A stretch of 64,000 nt of DNA from Pseudonocardia sp. GTDB lineage: Bacteria; Actinomycetota; Actinomycetes; Mycobacteriales; Pseudonocardiaceae. The translations under genes and the position numbers were made by a program. The notes under the pieces are model-generated. The model searched no databases, was not told where the DNA came from, and was given only the letters and a program-made list of their open reading frames with translations. The first letter of the stretch is position 1, and each line of letters begins with the position of its first letter. The stretch spans positions 930-64,929 of the forward strand of contig JAJCYC010000269.1 in assembly GCA_029263115.1 (NCBI GenBank). The letters run 5' to 3'. Below are positions 33,512 to 42,210 of this stretch, piece by piece.

Positions 33512-34441
33512 TTGCCCAGCTCCTTGCTGTTCGCGGGGCTGGTCGCCACCTGGTTGGCGGTGGCGGTCCCGATGGCCGCCCGTCGCCGCCAGCCGATGAC
33601 GCGGCCCAGCGACGCCGCGTTGTCCTCCCGGGTGCTGGCCCGACCGGTCCGCGGACCACGGCGCGAGGAGGTGAGCGGCACGATGAGCGAGCAGGTCGAC
33701 GCGGCGCGCCGCTACCGCCCCGGGCGTGGTGGGTACGACCCGGAGGCTGCGGCGCTGGCCGCCCAGGCCCGCTACACCTTCCGTCAGCGCGCGGTGCTGG
33801 TGCTGGTGCTGACCGCGGCGACCACCGCCCTGGTCGCCGTGGTGCTGGTGGTGCCCGAGGCCTGGTGGGTGCACGGCGCCGCCGATCTGCTGCTGGTCGG
33901 CTACCTGGTCAACCTGCGTCGCCAGGTGCGCAGCGAGCAGGCGATCCGGGCCCGCCGCGCCGCCCGGTTGGCCGGCTCCCGTCCGGCCGCGGCCGCCGCC
34001 CGGCGACGCGCCCAGAGCGGGGCAGGCGGGGCCCCGGCGGCCGCCCCGTCCGGCCGGGTGCTGCGCCGCTCGGGTCGACGCGGTCGGGCCGCCGCCGGGC
34101 CGCACGTCGCCGCGGGTGTCGATGAGCCGACCGGGCAACCGGACGCCGGATCGGACGAGGGCCTCGACTCGGGGCCCACCGGGTCGCCGGACGGCGGGGC
34201 CCCGGAGGACGGGCCCGGCGCGGTCCGGGCCGACCACGGTGCCGACCTCGGGGACGCGCTGGTATCCGGCCGGCCCGGTGCCGAGGCCGCCGAGCCGCCG
34301 GCGCTGCCGCCGCTGGCCCCGGTGCCGCTGCCACCCCACCCGGCCGGCACGGTGGCCCTGGAGCTGGACGCCGAGGACCCCGAGCTGCACGAGCTGGACC
34401 CCGGTCAGGGCTGGAGACACCGTCGCGCGGCCGGCCAGTGA
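33512..34441 (+). CDS. Conserved actinobacterial membrane protein, SepX/GlpR-like (Rv0996 position)
   Basis: In ORF 33479..34441. TTG at 33512 lies 5 nt after GGGGGAGG. N-terminal TM LLFAGLVATWLAVAVPMAARRR, two further TM helices, then a long disordered Ala/Arg/Gly/Pro tail. Confidence 0.6.
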   Translation: MPSSLLFAGLVATWLAVAVPMAARRRQPMTRPSDAALSSRVLARPVRGPRREEVSGTMSEQVDAARRYRPGRGGYDPEAAALAAQARYTFRQRAVLVLVLTAATTALVAVVLVVPEAWWVHGAADLLLVGYLVNLRRQVRSEQAIRARRAARLAGSRPAAAAARRRAQSGAGGAPAAAPSGRVLRRSGRRGRAAAGPHVAAGVDEPTGQPDAGSDEGLDSGPTGSPDGGAPEDGPGAVRADHGADLGDALVSGRPGAEAAEPPALPPLAPVPLPPHPAGTVALELDAEDPELHELDPGQGWRHRRAAGQ

Positions 34442-34477
34442 CCGGCTGCTAGGCTGGTCGAGCCCGTTCGGGCACCG

Positions 34478-34550
34478 GGGGCTGTGGCGCAGTTGGTAGC
34501 GCGACTCGTTCGCATCGAGTAGGTCAGGGGTTCGATTCCCCTCAGCTCCA
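34478..34550 (+). tRNA. tRNA-Ala (anticodon CGC)
   Basis: Folded by hand into a 73-nt cloverleaf: acceptor GGGGCTG/CAGCTCC with G3:U70, D-arm GCGC/GCGC, anticodon stem ACTCG/CGAGT with loop TTCGCAT, T-arm AGGGG-TTCGATT-CCCCT, discriminator A. CCA is not encoded. Confidence 0.9.
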
Positions 34551-34763
34551 CCCAGTTAGTCATGTGGCGAGCCGGGTCTGTGGACCCTGTTCGTGCTGTT
34601 CGCGGGACCTGTGACCTTTTGGCGCCGTGGTGGTCGCTGCGGTGTCGTGTGTCGCTGCAGTGGCGGTGTGGGGCCAGTGGCGGGTGGAGTTTCGAGGCCG
34701 CCGCGCCCAAGTGCGTCTACCTGGCGATCGAGCCTGTGCGCCTCGGCTGCGGGCCCGTCCGCG

Positions 34764-35381
34764 TCAGCTGCGGAAGTCGGCGGGCCGCTCGCGGGGCGCG
34801 GCCGCGCCGTCCAGCAGTCCGGTGGGCAGGTCGGGCAGGTCGGGCAGGTCGGGCACCGCCTTGAGCGGGACGGTGACCATCACGACGGCCGCGCAGCGGG
34901 GCCGCCTCACCCGCCGCCACCGCAGCGGCCCCGGTCTCCTCGACCGGCGCGGACACCGTCTGCGGTCCCCGCGAGTTGGCCACCGCCACCTCGTGGCCCA
35001 GGGCGGTCGGTCGACGGGATGCCACGGCGAGTCCGGAATCAGCAGCTCCGGGTCTCCGGTCCAGAGCTGTCCCCGGTGCACCATCGCGGTCGCGGCGGTG
35101 AAGGCGTCCGGGTGGGCCATGGCGTGCCTGGCCTTGACATCCGCGGCCTGCCGGACGACCCGCTTGGTCGGCAGCTCGACGTCCACCGCGCGCACCAGGT
35201 CGCGGACGGGGGCGTTCGCTTCGTCGGGCCCTCGACGGCGCCGCAGGACGTACATCACCTCGCCGAGGTTGATCCAGCTCATCACCGGCCGGTCCGCGAG
35301 CGCCCGCTCCACCCGTTCCGCGCCGGGTTGCTCATTCCCGAGCAGGCACAACACCGCCCACGAATCGAGGACCACCGTCAC
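34764..35381 (-). CDS. PIN-domain (VapC-like) protein with aberrant about 75-aa C-terminal extension
   Basis: The GTG start at 35381 overlaps the upstream stop (GTGA); alternative ATG 35396. VVLDSWAVLCLLGNEQPGAE...SWINLGEVMYVL...HPDAFTAATAMVHRGQLWTGDPELL carries the four acidic PIN positions. Downstream of about 34990 the best-GC3 frame changes twice before the stop at 34764. Confidence 0.65.
   Translation of the reverse strand: MTVVLDSWAVLCLLGNEQPGAERVERALADRPVMSWINLGEVMYVLRRRRGPDEANAPVRDLVRAVDVELPTKRVVRQAADVKARHAMAHPDAFTAATAMVHRGQLWTGDPELLIPDSPWHPVDRPPWATRWRWPTRGDRRRCPRRSRRPGPLRWRRVRRPRCAAVVMVTVPLKAVPDLPDLPDLPTGLLDGAAAPRERPADFRS
34824..34855 (-). repeat. 9-bp tandem repeat x3.5 (gggcaggtc), encoding PDLPDLPDLP
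   Basis: Read directly at 34824-34855, inside the C-terminal extension of the PIN ORF. Confidence 0.9.
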
Positions 35382-36919
35382 GGCGACGAACCGCATCCCC
35401 GGGTACGGGCGACATCGCGGGTCAACTCGCGGGCGGCGGCCCGGGAGGCGTTCCAGTCGCGCCAGCCGTCCGGTCGGTCCAGGTCGGCGGCGATCGGGCC
35501 CAGCACGCAGCCGCGGATCGGCTCGGGTAGCCGGGCCAGGGTCGGCACCGCGTCGGCGGACAACCCGGCCAGGTAACGCTGGTCGATCTTTCCGGTGGCC
35601 GCCCAGCGCTCGATGTTCCGCTCGGCGATGAACCGGTCCGGGTTCAGCGCGCCCAGCGCCAGCACCCCGGCCAGACCGCTGACCGCCACCACGCGCGGCA
35701 GCCACCCCGCACGCAGCCGCCGACCGGCCGCGATCAGCATCAGGTACACCAGCCCGAGCCACAGCTCGACCGCGAACACCTGCACCCGCAACACGGTGAA
35801 CCCGTAGGCCTGCTGGTAGGCCCACATCCGGCTCAGCGCCGAGCACACGATCAGCAGCGTCAGCCCGGCCAGCATGCCGAGCAGCCCACGCAGCCACGCC
35901 CGGTCGGCGACGCCGGCCACCGACGCGTAGCGGGCCGCCGCGATGAGCACCGGCAGGGTCAGCACGGTCACCTGCAGCAGCTGCCAGAACCCGCCCCGGG
36001 CGTACTCGGCGTAGGTCAGCCCGGTGGTGCGCAGCACGTGGTCGGCGCCGCCGAACAACGCGGCCACCTGGACCCCGACGAACGTCGCGAACAACGCCAC
36101 CAGCAGCCCGACCGGCAGCGCCCACTCGATCCGCCGCAGACCCCGCTGGGCGGGGCGCTCCGGGTCCGGCCGGGGCGGTGCCGCCCGCAGGTAGACCGCC
36201 GCGACGGTGCCGGCGGCGAACAGCGGGAACAGGGTGAACCAGCGGGTCAGGTCCGGTACATCGAAACGTGGAACCAGGTCGGTCAGCAGCCGGGCGAACG
36301 CCACGTCCGCGCCGGCCAGCAACGAGGCGAACAGCGCGACCAGCACCGCCGAGACGGCCAGCGCGGCGAACGTGCGCAGCAGCCCGGAGCCCACGGCGCG
36401 GGGTCCACGCAACCTCCGCGCGGCCCAGGGCAGGGCACCGAGGGCCAGGCAGGGCACCGCGACCGCGCCCACCAGCAGCCCCCGAACCGTGCGTCCACCG
36501 GCGACCGCGACCGACCCGGCCAGCGCGGCGCCCAGCACGCACCAGGGGAACAGCCACTCGGCGGCCCGCACGGTGCCCAGGGCGAGCAGGCCCAGCGCCA
36601 GCCCCGTCCACAGCACCGTCATCCCGCGACCGCGGCCTTCCGGGCCGGCGGTGTCCGTGGACGCCACCGTGCGGCCGGCCAGCACGGTCAGCCCCACCAG
36701 CGCCGCCCCCACCAGCAGCCATCCGATGCCCGGGAACGGCCCGGGCAACGCGAGGGCGGCGACCACTCCGGCAGCCGCCGCGGCGGCGGGTACCGCCGGC
36801 CGGGGCGGGCCGGCCGGACGCGGCCACACCGGTGTCCGGGGCGGTAGCAGGGGAGGTTGCGGTGCCGCTGCGGCTTCGGGGGAGGCGACCGCGGACGTCG
36901 AAGGGGTCGGCGCGGTCAT
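35378..36919 (-). CDS. Polytopic membrane protein, DUF4153/DUF4173-like
   Basis: In ORF 35378..36964. ATG at 36919 overlaps the kinase stop (ATGA). About 12 TM helices; the C-terminus ...NIERWAATGKIDQRYLAGLSADAVPTLARLPEP...WRDWNASR is, as I recall, typical of this family. Confidence 0.65.
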   Translation of the reverse strand: MTAPTPSTSAVASPEAAAAPQPPLLPPRTPVWPRPAGPPRPAVPAAAAAAGVVAALALPGPFPGIGWLLVGAALVGLTVLAGRTVASTDTAGPEGRGRGMTVLWTGLALGLLALGTVRAAEWLFPWCVLGAALAGSVAVAGGRTVRGLLVGAVAVPCLALGALPWAARRLRGPRAVGSGLLRTFAALAVSAVLVALFASLLAGADVAFARLLTDLVPRFDVPDLTRWFTLFPLFAAGTVAAVYLRAAPPRPDPERPAQRGLRRIEWALPVGLLVALFATFVGVQVAALFGGADHVLRTTGLTYAEYARGGFWQLLQVTVLTLPVLIAAARYASVAGVADRAWLRGLLGMLAGLTLLIVCSALSRMWAYQQAYGFTVLRVQVFAVELWLGLVYLMLIAAGRRLRAGWLPRVVAVSGLAGVLALGALNPDRFIAERNIERWAATGKIDQRYLAGLSADAVPTLARLPEPIRGCVLGPIAADLDRPDGWRDWNASRAAARELTRDVARTRGCGSSP

Positions 36920-37968
36920 CGGTCGCTCCCGGGGGTCGAGGGCAGGGACACCCGCACGACGCACCCGGCGGGTCCGGTCGGGTTCGGTGGCGGGTCGGTG
37001 ACGGTGATCTGCCCGCCGTGCAGTTCCACCACCCAGCGGGCGATCGCCAGGCCGAGCCCGGTGCCGCCGTCGCCGGCCCGCTCACCGCGGGTGAACCGCC
37101 GGAACACCTGGTCGCGCAGCTCCGGCGGGATGCCCGGGCCGTCGTCGCGCACCTCGATCACCTGCCGGTCGCCGTCCAACCGGACCAGCAACTCGATCGT
37201 CCCGTCGGCCGGGCCGTGCCGGACGGCGTTGTCCAGCAGGTTGACCAGCACCTGGCGCAGCCGGGCCCGGTCGGCGCACAGGGTCAGGCCCTGCGGGACT
37301 ACCCGCACCCGGAACCGGGCGGCCGTGTCGACGGGTCCGCGGCCGACCGACGGGGCGACCGAGGCGACCGCCTCGTCCAGCAGCGTCCGGGCCGGGAACT
37401 CCGCCCGGCGAAGGGTGTGCACCCCGGCATCCACCCGGGACAGCTCGAGGAAGTCGGTGACCAGCCTGGCCAGCCGCTCGCTGTGTGCCAGCGCGACCGG
37501 CAGCACGTCGGCCGGCGGGTCGCCGACGCCGTCCACCGCGTTCTCCAGCACCGCGCACAGTGCGGCGATCGGGGTCCGCAACTCGTGCGAGACACCCGCG
37601 ATCAGCTCGCGCCGTCGCTGGTCCGCGGTGGCCAGCTCGGCGGCCATCTGGTTGAACGCCCCGGCCAGCTGGCCGACCTCGTCGCGGGTGGTGGCCCGCA
37701 CCCGCCGGGTGTAGTCGCCACGGGCCATCGCCCGTGCCGCCGCGGTCATCTCGCGCAGCGGGCTGGTCATGCCGTGCGCCAGCACCTGTGCGCTGAGCAG
37801 CACCAGCGCGACGGTGACCGTCGTGTCCAGGTAGGGGGGCAGCCACCGGTACTGCCACCACAGGTAGGCCACGCCCACCGCGCCCGAGCCGAGCAGCACG
37901 ATGCTCAGCTTGAGCTTGATCGACCGCACCGGGTCCAGCGGGCGGGGCAACAGCTCCAGGAGTCTCAC
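36916..37968 (-). CDS. Sensor histidine kinase
   Basis: The C-terminal 350 aa of ORF 36916..39414. GTG at 37968 overlaps the regulator's stop (GTGA). Two TM helices, HAMP, H-box [48 protein letters not shown]. Confidence 0.85.
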   Translation of the reverse strand: MRLLELLPRPLDPVRSIKLKLSIVLLGSGAVGVAYLWWQYRWLPPYLDTTVTVALVLLSAQVLAHGMTSPLREMTAAARAMARGDYTRRVRATTRDEVGQLAGAFNQMAAELATADQRRRELIAGVSHELRTPIAALCAVLENAVDGVGDPPADVLPVALAHSERLARLVTDFLELSRVDAGVHTLRRAEFPARTLLDEAVASVAPSVGRGPVDTAARFRVRVVPQGLTLCADRARLRQVLVNLLDNAVRHGPADGTIELLVRLDGDRQVIEVRDDGPGIPPELRDQVFRRFTRGERAGDGGTGLGLAIARWVVELHGGQITVTDPPPNPTGPAGCVVRVSLPSTPGSDR

Positions 37969-38675
37969 CGGCCCGCCTCGCCCGCCGGGACCTCCAGGGC
38001 GTACCCGACGCCGTGCACGGTGCGGATCAGGTCGGTGCCCAGCTTGCGGCGCAGGCCCTTGACGTGGCTGTCCACGGTGCGGGTGGCGGCCCCTCCGTGC
38101 CAGCCCCACACCTCGCCGAGCAGCCGCTCCCGGGCCTGCACCGCGCGCGGGCGAGCGGCCAGGTAGACCAGCAGGTCGAACTCGGTCGGGGTGAGGTGCA
38201 CCTCCGTCCCGGCCCGCCGCACCCGCCGGGTCACCAGGTCCACCTGCACCTCGCCGAGGGTGACCGACTCCGCCGGGTCGGGCTCCGGGTGCAGCTCCCG
38301 CGCCCGGTCCACCCGGCGCAGCAGTGCATGCACCCGGGCGGCCAGCTCGCGCGGGGAGAACGGCTTGGTCAGGTAGTCGTCCGCGCCGACCCCCAGCCCG
38401 ACCAGCACGTCGGTCTCGTCGTCGCGGGCGGTCACCATCAGCACCGGGACCGGGCGGCGGGCCTGGATCCGGCGGCACACCTCGATGCCGTCGATGCCGG
38501 GCAGCATCACGTCCAGCACCACCAGGTCGGGTTCGGTCGCCTCCGCCCGGGCCACCGCGCCGGGCCCGTCGTGCGCCACGTCGACCAGGTAACCCTCGGC
38601 GCGCAGCCGCGCCGCCACCGCGTCGGCGATGCTCACCTCGTCCTCCACCACCAACACCCGCCGCGTGCCGCCCAT
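37965..38675 (-). CDS. OmpR-family response regulator
   Basis: In ORF 37965..38876; ATG at 38675. RVLVVEDEVSIADAVAARLRAEGYLV...DLVVLDVMLPGIDGIEVC...[18 protein letters not shown] plus a winged helix. Confidence 0.9.
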   Translation of the reverse strand: MGGTRRVLVVEDEVSIADAVAARLRAEGYLVDVAHDGPGAVARAEATEPDLVVLDVMLPGIDGIEVCRRIQARRPVPVLMVTARDDETDVLVGLGVGADDYLTKPFSPRELAARVHALLRRVDRARELHPEPDPAESVTLGEVQVDLVTRRVRRAGTEVHLTPTEFDLLVYLAARPRAVQARERLLGEVWGWHGGAATRTVDSHVKGLRRKLGTDLIRTVHGVGYALEVPAGEAGR

Positions 38676-38742
38676 AGGCTGTGACTGTAGGACCGCCGTG
38701 CGCAGGCGCGGGGGCGATGATGTGAAGGATTCGTGCAGGCCG

Positions 38743-39543
38743 ATGCGCCGCCCGGTGATGGTCGTGCTGGTGGTGCTGGTGGTCCTGGCGGGGGTGCTGG
38801 CGCTGTACCGGCTGACCCCGGTCGGCCGGCCACCGGCGGGTTGTACGGTCGCGCACGGGGCCGGCGAGGAGATCACCGCCTACCCGTTGACGGTCGAGCA
38901 GACCGACAACGCCGCCACCATCGCCGGGGTCGGCCGGCGCCTGGGCATGCCCGACCACGCGGTGAGCGTCGCGCTGGCCACCGCGCTGCAGGAGTCCGGG
39001 CTGCGCCACCTCAACTACGGCGACCGGGACTCGCTGGGCATTTTCCAGCAACGGCCCAGCCAGGGCTGGGGTCGCCCGGAGCAGCTGACCGACCCGGTGT
39101 ATGCCGCCACCGCGTTCTACCGGCGATTGCGCGAACAGCGGGACTGGCACCGGTTGGAGGTCACCGACGCCGCGCAACTGGTCCAGCGCTCGGCGTACCC
39201 GCTGGCCTACGCCCGGTGGGAGCCGCAGGCCAGGGCCGCCGCGGCCGCGCTGACCGGGGCGGCGGATGCCACCCTGACCTGCCACGACCTGGAGCTCACG
39301 GGCCCGGCCACCGGCGTGGTCACCCTGGCCGAGCGGGAGCTGGGCACCGCCGTGCTCAGCGGCGCGCACCCGGCCGAGCGCGGGCGGGCCTACGCGCACT
39401 GGCTGGTCGGGCACGCCGACCGGCTGGCGCTCGACCAGGTCGTCTGGGACGGCCGGAGGTGGACGCCCGACACCGGCGAGTGGCGTCCCACCGGTCCGCC
39501 GGACGGCCGGCTCAGCCTCCGGGTGGCGCCACCGCCGACCTGA
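38743..39543 (+). CDS. Membrane-anchored secreted protein, possibly SLT/lytic-transglycosylase-like
   Basis: In ORF 38629..39543; ATG at 38743. Signal anchor VMVVLVVLVVLAGVLALY. ATALQESGLRHLNYGDRDSLGIFQQRPSQGWG resembles the E-S ... G-[LI]-x-Q motifs of SLT domains. The family assignment is tentative. Confidence 0.5.
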   Translation: MRRPVMVVLVVLVVLAGVLALYRLTPVGRPPAGCTVAHGAGEEITAYPLTVEQTDNAATIAGVGRRLGMPDHAVSVALATALQESGLRHLNYGDRDSLGIFQQRPSQGWGRPEQLTDPVYAATAFYRRLREQRDWHRLEVTDAAQLVQRSAYPLAYARWEPQARAAAAALTGAADATLTCHDLELTGPATGVVTLAERELGTAVLSGAHPAERGRAYAHWLVGHADRLALDQVVWDGRRWTPDTGEWRPTGPPDGRLSLRVAPPPT

Positions 39544-40090
39544 CGCCGCTCGGCCCCCGCCGCCCTGCAGCGGGTGCTGCCCGGGCAGGTCGGCGGTCCC
39601 GCCCGGCGGCTGGTTCGGCGCGGCGGATGCCGCCCGGCGCGGTGGGTGCCGCCCGGCGGCTGGGATCAGCGCAGGGCGTGCCGCCCGGGCGGGTCGGTCG
39701 GGCCCGCCGGACCTGCCTTGCCGGACCGGGCGGGCGGGTCGTTGTCGCGCCGGGCGCCGGTACCACCCAGCCCAGCCGGTCGGCCAGCGGCACCGACATC
39801 GCCGACGACCAGTCGGACCACTCCGGCTCCGGCTCCGGCCGCTCCCGCGCCCGCTCAGGTCGCTCCCGGACCCCTTCGGGCCGCGCGGCGTTCGGCTCCG
39901 GGGCGCCGTGCGGCGGCCCGGGCCGGTGAGACGGTGACACCCGCCGGGAGGGTTCGTCCCAGTTCGGCCGCGGCGCCGGGGGTTCGAACGCGGGCGTCAG
40001 CGACGTCAGTGCCGGATCCGAGTCCGGCCGCGTCGGCGTCAGGTCGGTGGGCGCGCGGACCCCGGGTTCGGTGTGCGACAGCTCGATCAC
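39512..40090 (-). CDS. Hypothetical Pro-rich, probably disordered protein (weak call)
   Basis: 192-aa ORF. GC3 is high only in the first about 110 codons (..EWSDWSSAMSVPLADRLGWVVP..). The 3' end overlaps the convergent gene by 32 nt. No family recognised. Confidence 0.25.
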   Translation of the reverse strand: MIELSHTEPGVRAPTDLTPTRPDSDPALTSLTPAFEPPAPRPNWDEPSRRVSPSHRPGPPHGAPEPNAARPEGVRERPERARERPEPEPEWSDWSSAMSVPLADRLGWVVPAPGATTTRPPGPARQVRRARPTRPGGTPCADPSRRAAPTAPGGIRRAEPAAGRDRRPARAAPAAGRRGPSGVRSAVAPPGG

Positions 40091-40446
40091 CCTTTCCGCG
40101 CGGGCCGTGGCCGCGACGGTCTCGTCGGTCCGGTGCGGCGAACCCGCTCACCGGGAACAGTGCGTCGGTCCGCGGCAACCGTCGGCGGCCGCTGAGAAGG
40201 ACATCTCCCGGCCGGGGCGGTGCGTTTCACCGATCGGGGTCGGCCACTCGTTCGGCGCAGCCGACCCGGGCCGGCGGCCGATCCGGGCCGGCGGGGGTTG
40301 GTCGGCACCCGACCGGGACCCGCGCCGCCCGACGTCGCACCCTGGCCGGGGTGGCCGCGTTGCCGGCCGCCACCCGCGCCCGGCCGGCCGCCGACGGGGT
40401 GCTCGCCGCGCTGTTCCGGGTGCTCACCGAGCCGGGAGAGGCGCGC

Positions 40447-40995
40447 TCAGCGGCCGAGTTCCCGCAACGACCACCGACCCGGCTCACCGACCAGGACGGT
40501 GCGGCTGAGCGCCGAGACGTCGATCCGCCACAGCGAGCGGGGCCCGGCCTCGATCGCGTGCACCACCGCCGCCCTGATCACCGCCGCGTCCGCGACGGCG
40601 AGCAGCGCACGCACCGTGCCGTCCTGGTCGTCCAGCCACCCGCCGACCCGGACGCCCAACGCGGCCAGGCTCTCCCCACCGTGCGGGGTGGCCGCCGGAT
40701 CGGCCAGCCAGGCCCGGACCGCCTCCGGCTCGGCGGCGAGCGTCTCGTCCAGGGTCCGACCACGCCAGCGTCCGTAGTCGCAGCCGCGCAGCCGCTCGTC
40801 CTCGACCGCCTCGACGCCCAGGCCGGCGGCGGTCTGCCGGCAGGCCGCCGAGGGCGCACGCACCGCCCGGCCGGCCCGGGGGGCGGTCACCGAGGCGGCC
40901 TCGGCGACCCCGGCGGGCGTCAGCGGCTCGTCCGCGGCGAAGGCCGCCCGGCGCAGCGCCTCGGTCTCGCTGTGGCAGATCAGTATCACGCGCAT
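40447..40995 (-). CDS. Histidine phosphatase family protein (phosphoglycerate-mutase-like, CobC-like)
   Basis: The C-terminal 182 aa of ORF 40447..41997; ATG at 40995. MRVILICHSET...DERLRGCDYGRWRGRTLDE...PHGGESL. Confidence 0.7.
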   Translation of the reverse strand: MRVILICHSETEALRRAAFAADEPLTPAGVAEAASVTAPRAGRAVRAPSAACRQTAAGLGVEAVEDERLRGCDYGRWRGRTLDETLAAEPEAVRAWLADPAATPHGGESLAALGVRVGGWLDDQDGTVRALLAVADAAVIRAAVVHAIEAGPRSLWRIDVSALSRTVLVGEPGRWSLRELGR

Positions 40996-41124
40996 CGCCG
41001 GTCGACCTCCCGTTGTGAGCCTGTGCTCAACCCACATCTGAACACCTGCGAAGGTATTGCCTCGTCCGGGGGCGGGAACGTACCGTCGGGGTGACCGTCG
41101 CTCGCCCCAGAGGAGGACCCCAGC

Positions 41125-41328
41125 ATGAGTTCGCCCGCGATCTCCGGCGCCCGTCCAGTGCAGGTGTCCGAGGTGCTGCCCTGGCTGCTGGGCACCCTGC
41201 TGTTCGCCCTGGCGCTGTACTACGTGGTGGGCATCGATGAGGGCGCCTCGGCCTTGCTGGGCAACACCGGGATGGTGCACGAACTGGTGCACGACGCCCG
41301 CCACCTGCTCGGATTCCCCTGCCACTGA
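41125..41328 (+). CDS. cbtB: CbtB, putative cobalt transporter small subunit
   Basis: 67 aa with one TM helix. The C-terminal signature MVHELVHDARHLLGFPCH is characteristic of CbtB. Confidence 0.8.
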   Translation: MSSPAISGARPVQVSEVLPWLLGTLLFALALYYVVGIDEGASALLGNTGMVHELVHDARHLLGFPCH

Positions 41329-41341
41329 GCGGGACGCCGAC

Positions 41342-42196
41342 ATGGTGCGGTCGTTGATGCTGCGTGGTCTCGCGGTGGGCGCGCTCGCCGGGCTGGTCAC
41401 GTTCTGTTTCGCCTGGGTGTTCGGTGAGCCGGTGATCGAGGCGGCCATCGAGTACGAGGGCGCCCGCGGCGCGGCCCAGGAGGCGTTGAACAACGCCGCC
41501 GGGCTGCCCGTCGAGCCTGCCGGGGACGACCTGGTCAGCCGGGGTGTGCAGGGCACCTTCGGGATCGGACTGGGCCTGGTGCTGTTCGGCATGGCGATGG
41601 GCGCGCTGCTCGCTGTGGGTTTCAGCCTCGCCTGGGGGCGGGTCACCGGCCTGCGCCCTCGGGTGCTGGCGCTCCTGCTGGCGGTGGCCGGTTTCGTCAC
41701 CCTGTACCTGGTGCCGTTCCTGAAGTATCCGGTGACCCCGCCGGCGGTCGGGCACGAAGACACCATCGGCGCGCGCACCGGGCTGTACCTGGTGATGGTG
41801 GTCGCCTCGGTGCTGGCCGCCGCGACGGCCCTGTGGCTGGGCCGCGCGCTGGCCGCGCGGATCGGTGGGTGGAACGCCACGCTCGCCGGCCTGGGTGGGT
41901 TCGTGGTGCTGGTCGGGCTCGTGATGGCGGTCCTGCCGGCGCTCGGCGAACTCGCGGTGAACGTCGCGCAGTACGGCCCGCAGCGCACCGAGACCACCGG
42001 ACCGCTGCGGGATCCGTCCGGCGTGATCGTCTTCCCCGGCTTCGACCCGGACCTGCTCTACGACTTCCGGCTGTACTCGGTGGCGTCGGTGGCGCTGTTG
42101 TGGACCGTGCTCGGGTTGGGCTACGGGGCCGCCACCGAGCGGCTGCTGTCCCGGGCCGGGCAGGTGCCGCCCGCCCGGGCGTCCGCCCAGGCCTGA
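41342..42196 (+). CDS. cbtA: CbtA, putative cobalt transporter membrane subunit
   Basis: In ORF 41237..42196; ATG at 41342. MVRSLMLRGLAVGALAGLVTFCFAWVFGEPVIEAAIEYE..., 5 TM helices. It lies immediately after cbtB. Confidence 0.7.
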   Translation: MVRSLMLRGLAVGALAGLVTFCFAWVFGEPVIEAAIEYEGARGAAQEALNNAAGLPVEPAGDDLVSRGVQGTFGIGLGLVLFGMAMGALLAVGFSLAWGRVTGLRPRVLALLLAVAGFVTLYLVPFLKYPVTPPAVGHEDTIGARTGLYLVMVVASVLAAATALWLGRALAARIGGWNATLAGLGGFVVLVGLVMAVLPALGELAVNVAQYGPQRTETTGPLRDPSGVIVFPGFDPDLLYDFRLYSVASVALLWTVLGLGYGAATERLLSRAGQVPPARASAQA

Positions 42197-42210
42197 CCGG
42201 TTCTCGACCG

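Noticed and set aside
34478-34760. Integrative element attachment site at tRNA-Ala
   Set aside because: No integrase or recombinase gene was found nearby, and I saw no duplicate of the tRNA 3' end in the window. It is kept only as a variable-region observation.
40996-41124. Cobalamin riboswitch upstream of cbtB
   Set aside because: It would be expected from the known regulon, but by eye there is no B12 box or conserved core, and the region is only 129 nt. It needs an Infernal scan to be certain.
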